DNA of 64,000 nt from Pelagomonas calceolata (Eukaryota): the NCBI GenBank assembly GCA_918797485.1, contig CAKKNE010000001.1:5580001-5644000 (forward strand), in the 5' to 3' direction. Below the pieces are notes generated by a model that was given only the letters and a program-made list of their open reading frames with translations, was not told the origin of the DNA and did not search any database. Shown here one piece after another: positions 1 to 10,034 of this stretch; position 1 is the stretch's first letter; each line of letters begins with the position of its first letter. Made by a program: the position numbers and the translations under genes.

Positions 1-813
1 TGGACGCTCGACGATGATGATGAAAATGTTGCGGGCGCGGCGCTCGAACAAGTGGTGGGGAAGCTGCGCCCCGGTGAAAGAGCCAGCGTGGACTTTAATG
101 GCAAGGGCCCCATGGATTCTACAAAAGGCGTCGTGACGCTCGAGAGAATTCATAGGCGCCAGGCGCTGATCGACCTGAAGCCGCGCCAGCGCATCGAGCG
201 GGCCGCGGACATGAAGGCCCGCGGGAACCGGGCCTTCGCTTCCAGAGATTTCGCCAAGGCCGTCCGGCGGTACGGTGGTGGCATCGACGCCGCTGCGAAA
301 GACCTGGAACCGGACCTCGACGACGAAGCCATTCAACAGAGACGATCGTTAGCGAGCGCATTGTATCTCAACCGGGCCGCGGCGCGGTTAGAAGTGAAAG
401 AGTTCAAGCTGGCGCTTTCAGACTGCGACGAGGTTTTAGAAAGCGAGCCGCGCCACGCCAAGGCCCTGTACCGGCGCGGCCGGTGCTGCCTCGAAATGGA
501 CGACTGGGCCGCGGCGAAGCAGGCCTTTGCGAGCGTGCTTGAAGTCGACGCTTCCAATAAAGACGCGCGGCGCGGGCTGCAGCGCGTCCGGGACGCGGTT
601 AGAAGGCAGAAGGCCTTGGACAAGGCGCGGTTCGGGGGCAAGACCGTGGCCAAGGGCTTCTCCGAGGCGCGGCCCGCGCCGGCGGCGCCGGCGGTGGCGA
701 AGCCGCCCGAGCCGACCCCGGCGAACCGGCGTTCCGCGGCGACGGCTGGGCTGGTCATCGCTGGGATGTTTGTTGCGGTGGCGGCGATTGGGTGGTATGG
801 CCTACTTGGATAA
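1..813 (+). CDS. TPR-domain immunophilin-like co-chaperone with C-terminal membrane anchor (5' partial)
   Basis: Frame is open from base 1. Three TPRs (KARGNRAF, LYLNRAAARL, KALYRRG) and a hydrophobic tail (GLVIAGMFVAVAAIGWYGLLG) resemble FKBP8/TWD1-type proteins. Confidence 0.75.
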   Translation, partial: WTLDDDDENVAGAALEQVVGKLRPGERASVDFNGKGPMDSTKGVVTLERIHRRQALIDLKPRQRIERAADMKARGNRAFASRDFAKAVRRYGGGIDAAAKDLEPDLDDEAIQQRRSLASALYLNRAAARLEVKEFKLALSDCDEVLESEPRHAKALYRRGRCCLEMDDWAAAKQAFASVLEVDASNKDARRGLQRVRDAVRRQKALDKARFGGKTVAKGFSEARPAPAAPAVAKPPEPTPANRRSAATAGLVIAGMFVAVAAIGWYGLLG

Positions 814-827
814 CTTTAAATTTATGA

Positions 828-2030
828 TCACAACAACCACACGGGCTCCAAGCCCGGCAACGCCGCGTCGCGGCGCCGCGCCCACGCTTTACGGTCCCAC
901 GTCTCCCACGCGTCGCCGTCGGGCCACGCGCAGAGGACGGTGCGCACCCACGGGCCCAGGGGCATCGTTCCCAAGACGCAGAGACCTGGCCAGTGCCTTT
1001 GCGCGATCTCGAGCGATTTCTCGTCAAGCAGTAGCGAAGCGCGGCCCGTCGGTCGGAGCACGCGCCGCATCTCGGAAAACGATTTCGCGTAGAGCGCGTC
1101 GAGGCCGTCTTGAGCCGTATATTGCCGGTCGAAGGGCGGACAACTCACGACGGCGTCGACGCTGCCATCTTCCAAGGGCAGCGCCGTCGCCGAGCCGTGC
1201 AGTAACGTCGCGTTACTACCGAGGTTGTTCGCCGCCGCGTCAAGTTGTGCCGGGTCCGAGTCGACGCCGATCACCGAGGCCCCCGGCCAGCAGAGCTGAG
1301 CCTCGGCAAGGAAGGTCGCTTTGCCGCAGAAGGGATCTAAGACCACGTCGCCCGGCTTTATTCGTGCGGCTTGCGCCACGACGTAGCTCTCGAGGCGCCG
1401 AAACCCCGGGCAGGGCAAGTCCCGATCCATGCGCTGCTTCAGCGCCAGGAGCTCGACCAGGACGCCTTCTTCGTGCAGCGTGACCTGAATCTCGACGGCC
1501 GCTCTTTCCCGCCGCGGCTCGGGCGTCAGCGCCTCCGGCAGGCGAAGGGCTAGAGCGCGCCGCAGCGGCGGCGAGATGCCCGCGGGCGCCCAGACCGCCG
1601 TCGTGTGTCGCTTGCATCTGACATGGGCGGGCAACGGCGCCGTGACAGCGTTGCCGAACGCGGACCACGCGTCGAGCGCAGCGCTCCACTCGGTGTGCTC
1701 GAGGATGGCGTCGGCTAGGTTTGTCGCGTCGGGCACGCTTGGGAGCACGCCGGCACGTGTCGCATACGACGGTAGGTCAGCCGCAACGATCCGTACCGAG
1801 AGCGGGCCGCGCAGCACGCGATGCCACTCTTTGCGTGGTGGGGCGTCGTCGCCCGGCTTAAAGAACACGCGGCCGCCCAGCTCACTTTTGTCAATGCGAC
1901 CGATCCGGCGGCGAATGCGGCCGCGTGCGTCATTGTTTACGGGTGCTCTCGGGTTGGGTGATGGCAGCACTGCAGAGTAGCGCAATGCGCTGCACACTGC
2001 AGACACTGCAACAAGCAAAAGCACACGCAT
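828..2030 (-). CDS. SAM-dependent RNA methyltransferase (Trm11/THUMPD3/UPF0020-like) with signal peptide
   Basis: Motifs VVLDPFCGKAT and VVSCPPF; hydrophobic leader MRVLLLVAVSAVCSA from ATG 2030. Confidence 0.75.
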   Translation of the reverse strand: MRVLLLVAVSAVCSALRYSAVLPSPNPRAPVNNDARGRIRRRIGRIDKSELGGRVFFKPGDDAPPRKEWHRVLRGPLSVRIVAADLPSYATRAGVLPSVPDATNLADAILEHTEWSAALDAWSAFGNAVTAPLPAHVRCKRHTTAVWAPAGISPPLRRALALRLPEALTPEPRRERAAVEIQVTLHEEGVLVELLALKQRMDRDLPCPGFRRLESYVVAQAARIKPGDVVLDPFCGKATFLAEAQLCWPGASVIGVDSDPAQLDAAANNLGSNATLLHGSATALPLEDGSVDAVVSCPPFDRQYTAQDGLDALYAKSFSEMRRVLRPTGRASLLLDEKSLEIAQRHWPGLCVLGTMPLGPWVRTVLCAWPDGDAWETWDRKAWARRRDAALPGLEPVWLL

Positions 2031-2398
2031 CGCATCGATGGCGTTGCAGCGACCGCACCAAGGCATCGCTCGCGTGCTCAAGCGCTTTTGTTTATGCAGT
2101 TTTGCTTTGCCAGAGCCTGTTTGCTAGTGCCCTTGTGCCGCTAGCTAATAATACGCGAGGCCGACGCGAGCTTGGTGCAATCTACGCATCAGACTGCCTA
2201 TAGCAGCATCCCCTCATCCCGCCTGCAGATCGAAATCGCTGCAGGCGCGGTTGTGCGGTTATCGCTACGATCCAAGTGTCGCCCTGCACGTGCCAACTCA
2301 TCTGCAAGGAGAGCAGTGTAATTTGTCCGCAGAGAACTGTCCGCGGGAATTAGCGCCGAGAACTCACCGCGGGCAAAGCGCCACGCACGTACAGCAGG

Positions 2399-3016
2399 AT
2401 GCGCGCATCACTCACCTGCATCTTACTTGCGACGGCCCGCGCCCTGGCGCCGGCGGCGCGCCCCCGGAGGACTCACCCGGCACGACACGGCGCGCCCAAG
2501 GACGGCCCGAGCTACGCGGACCTGCCGCGCGACGTCGAGCCCATCGACACGAGCTTCTTGGAGGAGAAGCCGCCGCCGTCCTGGGGGAGCGAAGGCTGGA
2601 ACTGGGGGTCCGCGAACGGCGCCGCGCACGACAAGGCCGCCATCGTCCGCGCACAATTCGCGAAGCGCCACCGACGAACAAGCTTCATGGCCTGGGCCAA
2701 GTGCGGCACGGTGGACGCCGGCGATTTAAAAATGGCCCTCGCTTTATCGTGCCAGCGCGCGCGCAACTTGGGGTATGACGAGGACGGCAAGTGGGAGTCG
2801 TTGATGGACGAGATGGCCGCCGCGCAGTACATGGACGCGAAGCTCGAGTTTATTGATTATCCGAAGCTTGCCGGTGCCGTGAACGAGCGGCTGCCCTCTC
2901 CATTCACATTTGACGAGTTCCTCGCTGCGGAAAGCGAGGGCACGTTGGAAGAATACCCCGTGGCCGTCGTCGCGCGCGCGCTGGACCACCTCGACTTTGT
3001 TAATAACGGCCTTTAA
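2399..3016 (+). CDS. Hypothetical protein with signal/plastid-type leader
   Basis: 205 aa ORF with a signal-like N-terminus and natural composition (WNWGSANGAAHD). Confidence 0.65.
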   Translation: MRASLTCILLATARALAPAARPRRTHPARHGAPKDGPSYADLPRDVEPIDTSFLEEKPPPSWGSEGWNWGSANGAAHDKAAIVRAQFAKRHRRTSFMAWAKCGTVDAGDLKMALALSCQRARNLGYDEDGKWESLMDEMAAAQYMDAKLEFIDYPKLAGAVNERLPSPFTFDEFLAAESEGTLEEYPVAVVARALDHLDFVNNGL

Positions 3017-3696
3017 CCTAGTCCTTGCCTATTCCACGCGCCGCCTCTCCTACGCGCGGACTCGTACTGTCTTTCCAAATCGTCCTCTCCCTTGGAATCG
3101 GCCTTGCGCTTTTTTGCGGTCGCGCCGTGCTTCGCGCCGCCCAGCAGCTTGAGGAACTTGTCGCCGCGCGCGCCTCCCAATGATCCGGCGGCCTCGCCCC
3201 ACTTCTCGAGGGCGTCCTTCTTCGGGGCGCCCCAGAGCTTCTTGCGCTTCGCGTCGGCGTCGAGGGGCGCCGCGGCCGGCGCCGGCGCTGGCGCGGTCGA
3301 CGCCGGCGCCTGAGCGCCGCTCCGGTAGACGTAGCGCCGCGGCAGGGCCGCGAAGGTGACCGAGGCGCCCTCTTTGAGCCGCACGCGCTCGAGCGCCGCC
3401 AAAGGTGTAGACGCGCCGTCGAGAAACGTGCCCTGCGCCGAGCCCAGGTCCTCAATCAATACACCGCCCCGCGCGTCGACGGCGAGGCGCGCGTGGCGCC
3501 GCGAGCACGACGCGTGTTCGAGTGGCAGGTCGCACGCGTCCGTGTCGCGTCCCAAGCAGTGCGACCCCTCCGTCAGGCGTATCGTGTCGACCAATGCGTC
3601 GCCGTCGTAGACGTCGAAGCGCGGCCTGGCAGCCTGCGGTGCAGCCTCTGGCGCGGCGGCTGGCGTGCCGGCTGGGCCTCTGTCGAAGCGCGACAT
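3013..3696 (-). CDS. FHA-domain protein with C-terminal SMAP-like (small acidic protein) motif
   Basis: FHA motifs LGR, SCSRRHA, DLGSAQGTF; C-terminal KFLKLLG...LERQYE...GLG. Confidence 0.75.
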   Translation of the reverse strand: MSRFDRGPAGTPAAAPEAAPQAARPRFDVYDGDALVDTIRLTEGSHCLGRDTDACDLPLEHASCSRRHARLAVDARGGVLIEDLGSAQGTFLDGASTPLAALERVRLKEGASVTFAALPRRYVYRSGAQAPASTAPAPAPAAAPLDADAKRKKLWGAPKKDALEKWGEAAGSLGGARGDKFLKLLGGAKHGATAKKRKADSKGEDDLERQYESARRRGGAWNRQGLG

Positions 3697-3784
3697 CGAT
3701 GCGATGCGCAGGCGTACGAATCAACCAATTGTGCTTGATCGGTGCCGCTCCGGTCGGCAATTTGGCAAACTCCATTTTGGAGCA

Positions 3785-3812
3785 GCTAGCGTCCTGTAAG
3801 ACACTAGCAAGC
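3785..3812 (-). promoter_or_regulatory. Conserved intergenic motif copy (GCTAGCGTCCTGTAAGACACTAGCAAGC)
   Basis: Matches the reverse complement of the recurrent motif; lies between divergent genes. Confidence 0.6.
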
Positions 3813-3972
3813 AGCCGCACTTCTTTCGGCTGCCCGACCGTAACCCCTTGCTTCCAGGACGTCTCTGCGGACAGCTGCGCTAGTTTAGAACATGCGTCAC
3901 TAGGCTCAGACAGCCGCGAACAGTGCCGTCGTTGCGTGGACTCGTTCCCTCGTAGCGCGATGGCCTCCTAAT

Positions 3973-5364
3973 ATGGAGCCCATGGCGGTGAGCCCCCCAG
4001 CGGCCGGTGGGCCATGGACACCGCGGACGGGCTGGGGCGGCCAATGGGGGACGCCCGTAATGGCTTCTGGTGGGGAGGCTCGGGCAGCCGAACGCTGGCC
4101 CCAGACCGTCACCCCGCCGCCCGCCCAGGCGCGGCTCTGGGGCACGCCGCCGCCGCCGCCCGGGCACGTGGCCGCGACGCCGCCGGCGCCGAGCATTATT
4201 GCCCTCCACGCGCAGCACTACCCGCGCCGCTGGGTCGAGGCGCCGCGCGATGAAAGGGCGCGGGCCCGCTTCGCGGTGGCGACGCTCAACCTCGAGGCGG
4301 ACGCGGCCAAGAGCGCCGGCCACTCGAACGGCCGGCGCGACGGGTCCAGGCCCGCCGGCGAGGACTGGGAGGCGGCCTTCGCGGCGCTGGACCAGGCCCT
4401 CGTGCACCTGCCGGACGTGTTATGTCTGCAAGAAATGCAGCGCTGCACGCGGCACGACTGCCCGCATTGCGCCTCTGGACGTTGCAGCCTCGACCACGCC
4501 TCCAAGCTCCACGCGAAGCTGCTGGGAGAGGGCTTCGACGGCGACTACAAGAGGGATGGGAGGCCCCTGACGGTCGGCCTCTACGTGCGGGTGCGGACCT
4601 TCGCGCTCGAGAGCAAGGTCCGCACGGTGCGCTTTGCCTCGGGTAAGGGAGCCGTCCTGGCGGTCGCGCGGCACCTCGGCACGGGTCAGCGCGTCGCCTT
4701 AGGCTCGGCGCACCTCGAGGTGCCGCTGCGCAACGGGCAGCCCATGACCAAGGCTCAAGTCGCCTCGGCGGCGCAGCTCCAGGCCGCGCTGGCGAGCTAC
4801 TGGGGCCGCGCGGCCGTGCCCCTGCCGGTTATAGTAGCAGGCGACTTCAACACCCTCTCCTACAAGCACTGGGATCCCCGGATCGCGCCACCTGACGCCT
4901 TCGAGCAGTTGACGTCCCCAAAACCGTCCGCGAAGAAGCGGGCGGGCGCGGACCGCGGCGCGTGCAGATTACCGCTACGGTCGGCCTACGCGGACGTGCA
5001 GGGCGCCGAGCCGTGCTACACGTCCGTGGACCCGGCGTTCCCCCACTGCATCGACTACGTTTTTTACCACGGGCAAGGTCTCCGGCCGTCCCGTGTATTA
5101 GGCGTCGTCGACCGTAAGCAACAGCTGCCCGTGGCGCCGTGGCCGTCGGACCACCTTTGTCTCGTTGCGGCCTTCGACCTCACCGGGACCGGCGACAACC
5201 CCACGGGAAGGCCCTCGGGCAGCGCCTACCACGTCCGGCCGCCGCAGGGCCCGTCGCCGTGCAAGTTCGGCGACCGGTGCCGCTTCTTCGCCCGGGGCTG
5301 CTGCCGCAACTACCACCCCCAAGTACCAATCGAGCCCCTCGGCGACCACAACTGGTACTACTAG
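3973..5364 (+). CDS. Endonuclease/exonuclease/phosphatase (CCR4/nocturnin-like) with C-terminal CCCH zinc finger
   Basis: DVLCLQE, IVAGDFN, CIDYVF and PSDH motifs; C-terminal CKFGDRCRFFARGCCRNYH. Confidence 0.8.
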   Translation: MEPMAVSPPAAGGPWTPRTGWGGQWGTPVMASGGEARAAERWPQTVTPPPAQARLWGTPPPPPGHVAATPPAPSIIALHAQHYPRRWVEAPRDERARARFAVATLNLEADAAKSAGHSNGRRDGSRPAGEDWEAAFAALDQALVHLPDVLCLQEMQRCTRHDCPHCASGRCSLDHASKLHAKLLGEGFDGDYKRDGRPLTVGLYVRVRTFALESKVRTVRFASGKGAVLAVARHLGTGQRVALGSAHLEVPLRNGQPMTKAQVASAAQLQAALASYWGRAAVPLPVIVAGDFNTLSYKHWDPRIAPPDAFEQLTSPKPSAKKRAGADRGACRLPLRSAYADVQGAEPCYTSVDPAFPHCIDYVFYHGQGLRPSRVLGVVDRKQQLPVAPWPSDHLCLVAAFDLTGTGDNPTGRPSGSAYHVRPPQGPSPCKFGDRCRFFARGCCRNYHPQVPIEPLGDHNWYY

Positions 5365-5537
5365 GCCGCGCGCAAGCGCGGCCCTTGATCAAGCCCCTTG
5401 CTTGACCATTTTATGGTCTTCTCTTCGGCGCGGCCGCCCCGTCACACGGGGCCGCCGCGCCACGCTGTACACCCCCCCAAAAAAAAAGCCAACACGCAAA
5501 TTTCTGTTCATCAATCAAGACCACACAAGTAAGTATA

Positions 5538-7889
5538 TTATGTCTCCATGCCCGGGAACTGGACCGTGATGGCGTGCCCTTCTTTCCGACACGCGCGCGC
5601 GACGACGTTGAGCGCGAGGCGCTCTCCTCGAAACGCGACGGCGGACGTGTCGTTGAAGAGGCCGAAGCCGCGCACCTTTTCGACGTCGCAGAACCCCGCC
5701 GTGCTGAGCGTTCGATTTAGTAGATCGAAGTCGACGGCAGTTCTCTGGAACATGAGCTCCGTCAGCGCGTCCCGCTCGGCCGGCGCAAGGTCGTCGCGCG
5801 CCAGAAAGGCCGACAGCACCTTCATGTCCGGCGCGCTCAGGAAGAAGGCGCCGCCCGGTTGTAACACGCGCCACCACTCTTGGAGGACATGCAATGATGG
5901 CGGCGCCTCCTCGAGTGTCTGGGCTTCGGCGTAAATCGCGGCCACGGACGCGTCCTCGAAGTCCTTGAGATTGTCCAATTGTAGGACGTGGTCTACACTC
6001 TCACCTGGTACAGTGTGGACGTTGCGCCAGCCGGCCTTGTGCGTTTGGCCATGTATTCGTAGTAGTATCGCTTGGGACTCGTTTCCGTCGTGGACGTCGT
6101 CGATGTCGAATCTTGATGCATGTTGCGCGTCCTTGACGACGACGTGGGCGTTGCCATGAGAAAAGGCCTCGTAGGCCGCGTGTAAGGCATGAGAGAATGA
6201 TCTAGCCCACCTTTCAGTATCGAAGAGCGGCGCCGCGGTCAGGCGCTTCTTCAGTAACGAACGGACAGCTATCAATCTTCTAGAATCGCTTTCAAGTGAA
6301 GCAGCTAAACTCTCGTAGTCTCTCAGAGACAACGCCTCCGTGTAAGCTGATAGGCGCACGGCCCGTAACGCCGTCGCACCCGCGCGCGCCTCCATGCGAT
6401 TCCCAGCTAATGAGATAGACGGAACTTGAGCCCACAAGCCGTCCTGCACTACCGAATGACCCGACTTGACGATAGAGTCCAACATCACATCTAAATGACT
6501 CTTCTGCCACACATGGTCGAGCCAGGGTGCCATTTGGATGAACTCCAATCTTGAAGGATGCACACCTCGCGCCGCCAATTCCTCGCGCAGTCTCGGTTCG
6601 GCGAGGTCGTGCAAGGCGTAGCGCATCAACCTGAGTACGGATCTCTTGGAACTTCGTCGCAGGATGTTCGCCCACACATCAAAAATCGTAGAATCGAGCT
6701 TCTGGAAGGACGATAAGGAACCGAAGGCGAAACCGGAAGTGTGGTTCACGTCCTCCGCTGTAGCTCGCGGTCGCGATAGAACGGAACCCACGAGATTAGC
6801 GTGGTCGGCCGGCAGATACGACTCAGGAAGCATGATGAGTTTCTCCGTGAATTCCCTCGACGCTTGTTCAGGTACGGCCACGACCTTGTCGGCCACTATA
6901 GAATTGATGAACGACGCGCCTGTCGTCTGAGGCCAGCCGCAAAAGCTCAACCTTAGTACATTTGACAGTGAAGGGTGCGCTAATAGCGGTAAACCACTAT
7001 GTAAGGTGTGGCCGTGCAAATCAATAATGACGTCCAGGTCATCTCCGAGGAACCTCGATGCGGCCTTCACTGGACTATACGTATCGCCCAGATCCACGAA
7101 TCTATCCAGGAGCGTATCGGACACGTTCCGCCGCCACCAAGAATCACCAGAACCGAGAGAATAAACACGTACGTCACAGTGCGCGTCCAGCGCCAGCAAT
7201 GCCCCTCTTAAAGTCGCAGAGACGGGATGGGCTCCGAAGTCCGAAGTAACGAACCCGACGCGCAGCTTGCCGCGTTTTCGACTTGTTGGTGATGACGGAA
7301 CACCATCAATACTGGACGCGTGGGGCTGGTGCCTCGCGAGCTCCCTCAACACATCTAGAGGTAGTCGAGCAGCAACATGAGCCACCCCGAGGCCTTCCGT
7401 GGAAGAAGCGTCCTGCGCGACGGCCTCGACGGCGTAGTCGAAGCCGGCCCAGTCCGCGACCCAGGCTTTCGCTTTCACGAGCTTGGCCAACGCGTCCCGC
7501 GCCGTCGCGCCGTCCCCGGTCTTTATGGCCGCGTCGTTCGCGTTCGCGAAGGCCGCCGTCGCCGCCGGGATCTGGAACGCGCTGAGTAACGACGCTCCCA
7601 GGTGCAGCCAGCTCCGTGCATCATGAGGATCGTGCTCAACAGCGGCCAGGAACGCGTCGCGCGCGCCTCCGAGGTCGCCCCTTTGGAAGCGGGCCCATCC
7701 TAAGAAATGGTTGAATGATGGTTTCTGGCCGTCCTCTCCATGGCTGTCGAGCTGTGCTTGCGCTAGTTGTGCTACCGCGTTCGCGTCTCCTGATGCGTGG
7801 GCTTCGACTATGCGACGTCGCGCGTCACTGCCCTCGTCGTAGCGCTGCCAGGCCGCGGCGACCGCGACGACGGTGACAAGTTTCCGCAT
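5538..7889 (-). CDS. GT41 O-GlcNAc/O-fucosyltransferase (SPY/OGT-like) with TPRs and C-terminal methyltransferase-like domain
   Basis: LRVGFVTSDFGAHP, IIDLHGHT, WPQTTG, FQKLD and PLFDTERW motifs; tail LQEWWRVLQPGGAFFLSAPD. Confidence 0.8.
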   Translation of the reverse strand: MRKLVTVVAVAAAWQRYDEGSDARRRIVEAHASGDANAVAQLAQAQLDSHGEDGQKPSFNHFLGWARFQRGDLGGARDAFLAAVEHDPHDARSWLHLGASLLSAFQIPAATAAFANANDAAIKTGDGATARDALAKLVKAKAWVADWAGFDYAVEAVAQDASSTEGLGVAHVAARLPLDVLRELARHQPHASSIDGVPSSPTSRKRGKLRVGFVTSDFGAHPVSATLRGALLALDAHCDVRVYSLGSGDSWWRRNVSDTLLDRFVDLGDTYSPVKAASRFLGDDLDVIIDLHGHTLHSGLPLLAHPSLSNVLRLSFCGWPQTTGASFINSIVADKVVAVPEQASREFTEKLIMLPESYLPADHANLVGSVLSRPRATAEDVNHTSGFAFGSLSSFQKLDSTIFDVWANILRRSSKRSVLRLMRYALHDLAEPRLREELAARGVHPSRLEFIQMAPWLDHVWQKSHLDVMLDSIVKSGHSVVQDGLWAQVPSISLAGNRMEARAGATALRAVRLSAYTEALSLRDYESLAASLESDSRRLIAVRSLLKKRLTAAPLFDTERWARSFSHALHAAYEAFSHGNAHVVVKDAQHASRFDIDDVHDGNESQAILLRIHGQTHKAGWRNVHTVPGESVDHVLQLDNLKDFEDASVAAIYAEAQTLEEAPPSLHVLQEWWRVLQPGGAFFLSAPDMKVLSAFLARDDLAPAERDALTELMFQRTAVDFDLLNRTLSTAGFCDVEKVRGFGLFNDTSAVAFRGERLALNVVARACRKEGHAITVQFPGMET

Positions 7890-8089
7890 CGTGGCGCTGC
7901 CCCACGCCTTGTGGGCTGCCCAAGACGACGCTTAATGCTAGCGCCTAAAGCTAGCGCGCCGAATTGTCCTGTTGCTGGACAAGCGGAGGCGCTGCGCCCG
8001 TCTTTGCCGCCCTTGACCGACGGGATCGCGCCGCGCGCCAGCCTGAGGTAGAGGCGCGGCGTTCCCGCGGCAGCCCCGGCGGCCCGAAG

Positions 8090-9850
8090 ATGAGACAGCC
8101 CCTGTTAGCAATAATCTTGACTGCGGCCGCGGGTGACCCCATCGTCTACCACGTGCGCAACGTGCTGGACGGCGTCGAGCCCATCTGGGTGCGCAGCCAG
8201 CAGGACGACGCCGCGCAAGCGCTCTTCACGGCAGTAGCAAAAAATAATCTCCTCAGACGGCCGCCCATCGAGGAGGGCCAGACGAGCGCGTGGTACTTCT
8301 TCAAGGAGACGGACAAGAGCTTTTCGCGGTTGTTGGGGCGCTTGACGGTGGGCGCGAACGGCGTGCAGAACCAGACTAGAGTTGCGGCTTGTGGCACGCG
8401 GGACGCGCGGCGGTCGGAGGCGTGTGCCGGTTTTCTGACGGAAGACGCACTAGCAGCGAGGGAGACGCAGTTCCAGGCGTCGGCGGCGTCCTTGGATGCG
8501 GATGACGCCTTCTCGAGGTTACTACTGGGTTGTGCTTTAGCTGATGCCGGGGATCTACCGTCCTCGATAAGGGAACTCGAAACGGCGAAGAAGCTAGCTG
8601 GAAGAGATGCGAACATCGCCGAAGCACTGGCTAGAGTAGTGGTCGCCGCTCGTGTCTTGGAAGGCGGCGACGGCACGGCCATAAACGCGGTGAGAAAAAT
8701 GGGTGTAGGGGATGTGGATGCGGCCATCACGACGGGCGCGGCCCTCGCGCAACGCATGGCCGGGCGCCATTTGAGAGATGAGTGTGCGAAGAGCGACCCT
8801 GATGTGGCCCTCGTCGCGAAGATGCTCGCGGCCGGCGCCGACGCCGGGGAGAGAGACGCGCATGGCCGGACCGCGGTCATGCTCGCCGCATCCGAGAAGC
8901 ACGCGCATTTGGTGGAGACGCTCTGCGCGTATTCCATGCCGTTCCCGGAAGACGCGGCCCACGCCGCATTAGCGTCGGAGCACGATGCAAACGTCGTGCG
9001 CGCCTTGGAGCGCGCCTGCGGTTATGTGATTCAAAAGCCGCCCCGGGAAGCCGTGGGGAAGCAATTGGTTCGTTTTGTAAAGAGGTGGGTCCGGGCTTTG
9101 AAACGGCGCATTACGGTGACGCTCGATGCTGATGTTTCGATAGGCTCGCTCCTGTGGGCTTTATTAGCCGTCGGCGTCGCGGTCCTCGCGGTTGATAAAT
9201 CGTGGTTTGGTAGGGCGAAGGCGCCGGTCCCGCGCGCCGACGAGGAGCCCCTGCGACGCCGACCTTCGACCGAGTCCACGACGTCGCTGCGGACGCACGC
9301 CGACGCACCGACGTCGCGGCGCGAGTCGTCGCCGCCGCCGGGCTTGGAGGCGCCGCGGCCGCCGCCGCACGAGTCGCCGCAGGGCCGCGAGCGCCGCGGG
9401 CGCGAGTCGCCGCGCAGTACTACGGCCCCGCCGCCGGAGCCGCGGCTCAGCGTCGGGGCGCGCGCGCGGCTGCGCCGCGAGCGCGAGCGCGCCGCGGCCG
9501 AGGCCGTGGCGGTCGTGGAGACCGTGAGCGACCCCCCAACTCCGGAAAGGCCCGAGCAGGGCGAGCTGGCCGCTTTACAGGCCCTCGACGCGCGGCGCCT
9601 CTCGCCCGCGGCGCTGGACGCGTCCATGGAGCTCCTGCCCGATCTGTTGAGAAGGTGCGCGATCGAGCGCGCGCGGCGCGCGGCGGCCGAGGACGCCGGG
9701 ACGGAGTGCGTCGTGTGCCTCGAGGACGCGCGGTCCGTGGCGTTTGGGTGCGGCCACCTCTGCGTCTGCGAGGCGTGCGCGCCGACGGTCGTCGCGTGCC
9801 CGCTCTGCCGGGAGCCGGTCCGCGCGAAGCAGCGGATCTACTTTGACTGA
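8090..9850 (+). CDS. Membrane RING-type E3 ligase-like protein (signal peptide, TPR/ankyrin, TM, C3HC4 RING)
   Basis: MRQPLLAIILTAAAG leader; ankyrin GRTAVMLAA; TM LLWALLAVGVAVLAV; CVVCLE...CGHLCVCEAC...CPLCR. Confidence 0.8.
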   Translation: MRQPLLAIILTAAAGDPIVYHVRNVLDGVEPIWVRSQQDDAAQALFTAVAKNNLLRRPPIEEGQTSAWYFFKETDKSFSRLLGRLTVGANGVQNQTRVAACGTRDARRSEACAGFLTEDALAARETQFQASAASLDADDAFSRLLLGCALADAGDLPSSIRELETAKKLAGRDANIAEALARVVVAARVLEGGDGTAINAVRKMGVGDVDAAITTGAALAQRMAGRHLRDECAKSDPDVALVAKMLAAGADAGERDAHGRTAVMLAASEKHAHLVETLCAYSMPFPEDAAHAALASEHDANVVRALERACGYVIQKPPREAVGKQLVRFVKRWVRALKRRITVTLDADVSIGSLLWALLAVGVAVLAVDKSWFGRAKAPVPRADEEPLRRRPSTESTTSLRTHADAPTSRRESSPPPGLEAPRPPPHESPQGRERRGRESPRSTTAPPPEPRLSVGARARLRRERERAAAEAVAVVETVSDPPTPERPEQGELAALQALDARRLSPAALDASMELLPDLLRRCAIERARRAAAEDAGTECVVCLEDARSVAFGCGHLCVCEACAPTVVACPLCREPVRAKQRIYFD

Positions 9851-10034
9851 CATAATCTTTTTTGTCCTGTAGTTGTTTTTTTGCTAGTATCTCTACGCCG
9901 CTAGCTTTTTCCGTCTGCTCTTTTCCTGCCGTATCCAGCTCGTCTTGCTGCACAACAGCCGCGCTATACAGTCAGAAACCGAGACACACACCACTAACAA
10001 CTTCTGCGCCTTCTGTCGCGCGCGGCTCGGCGGG

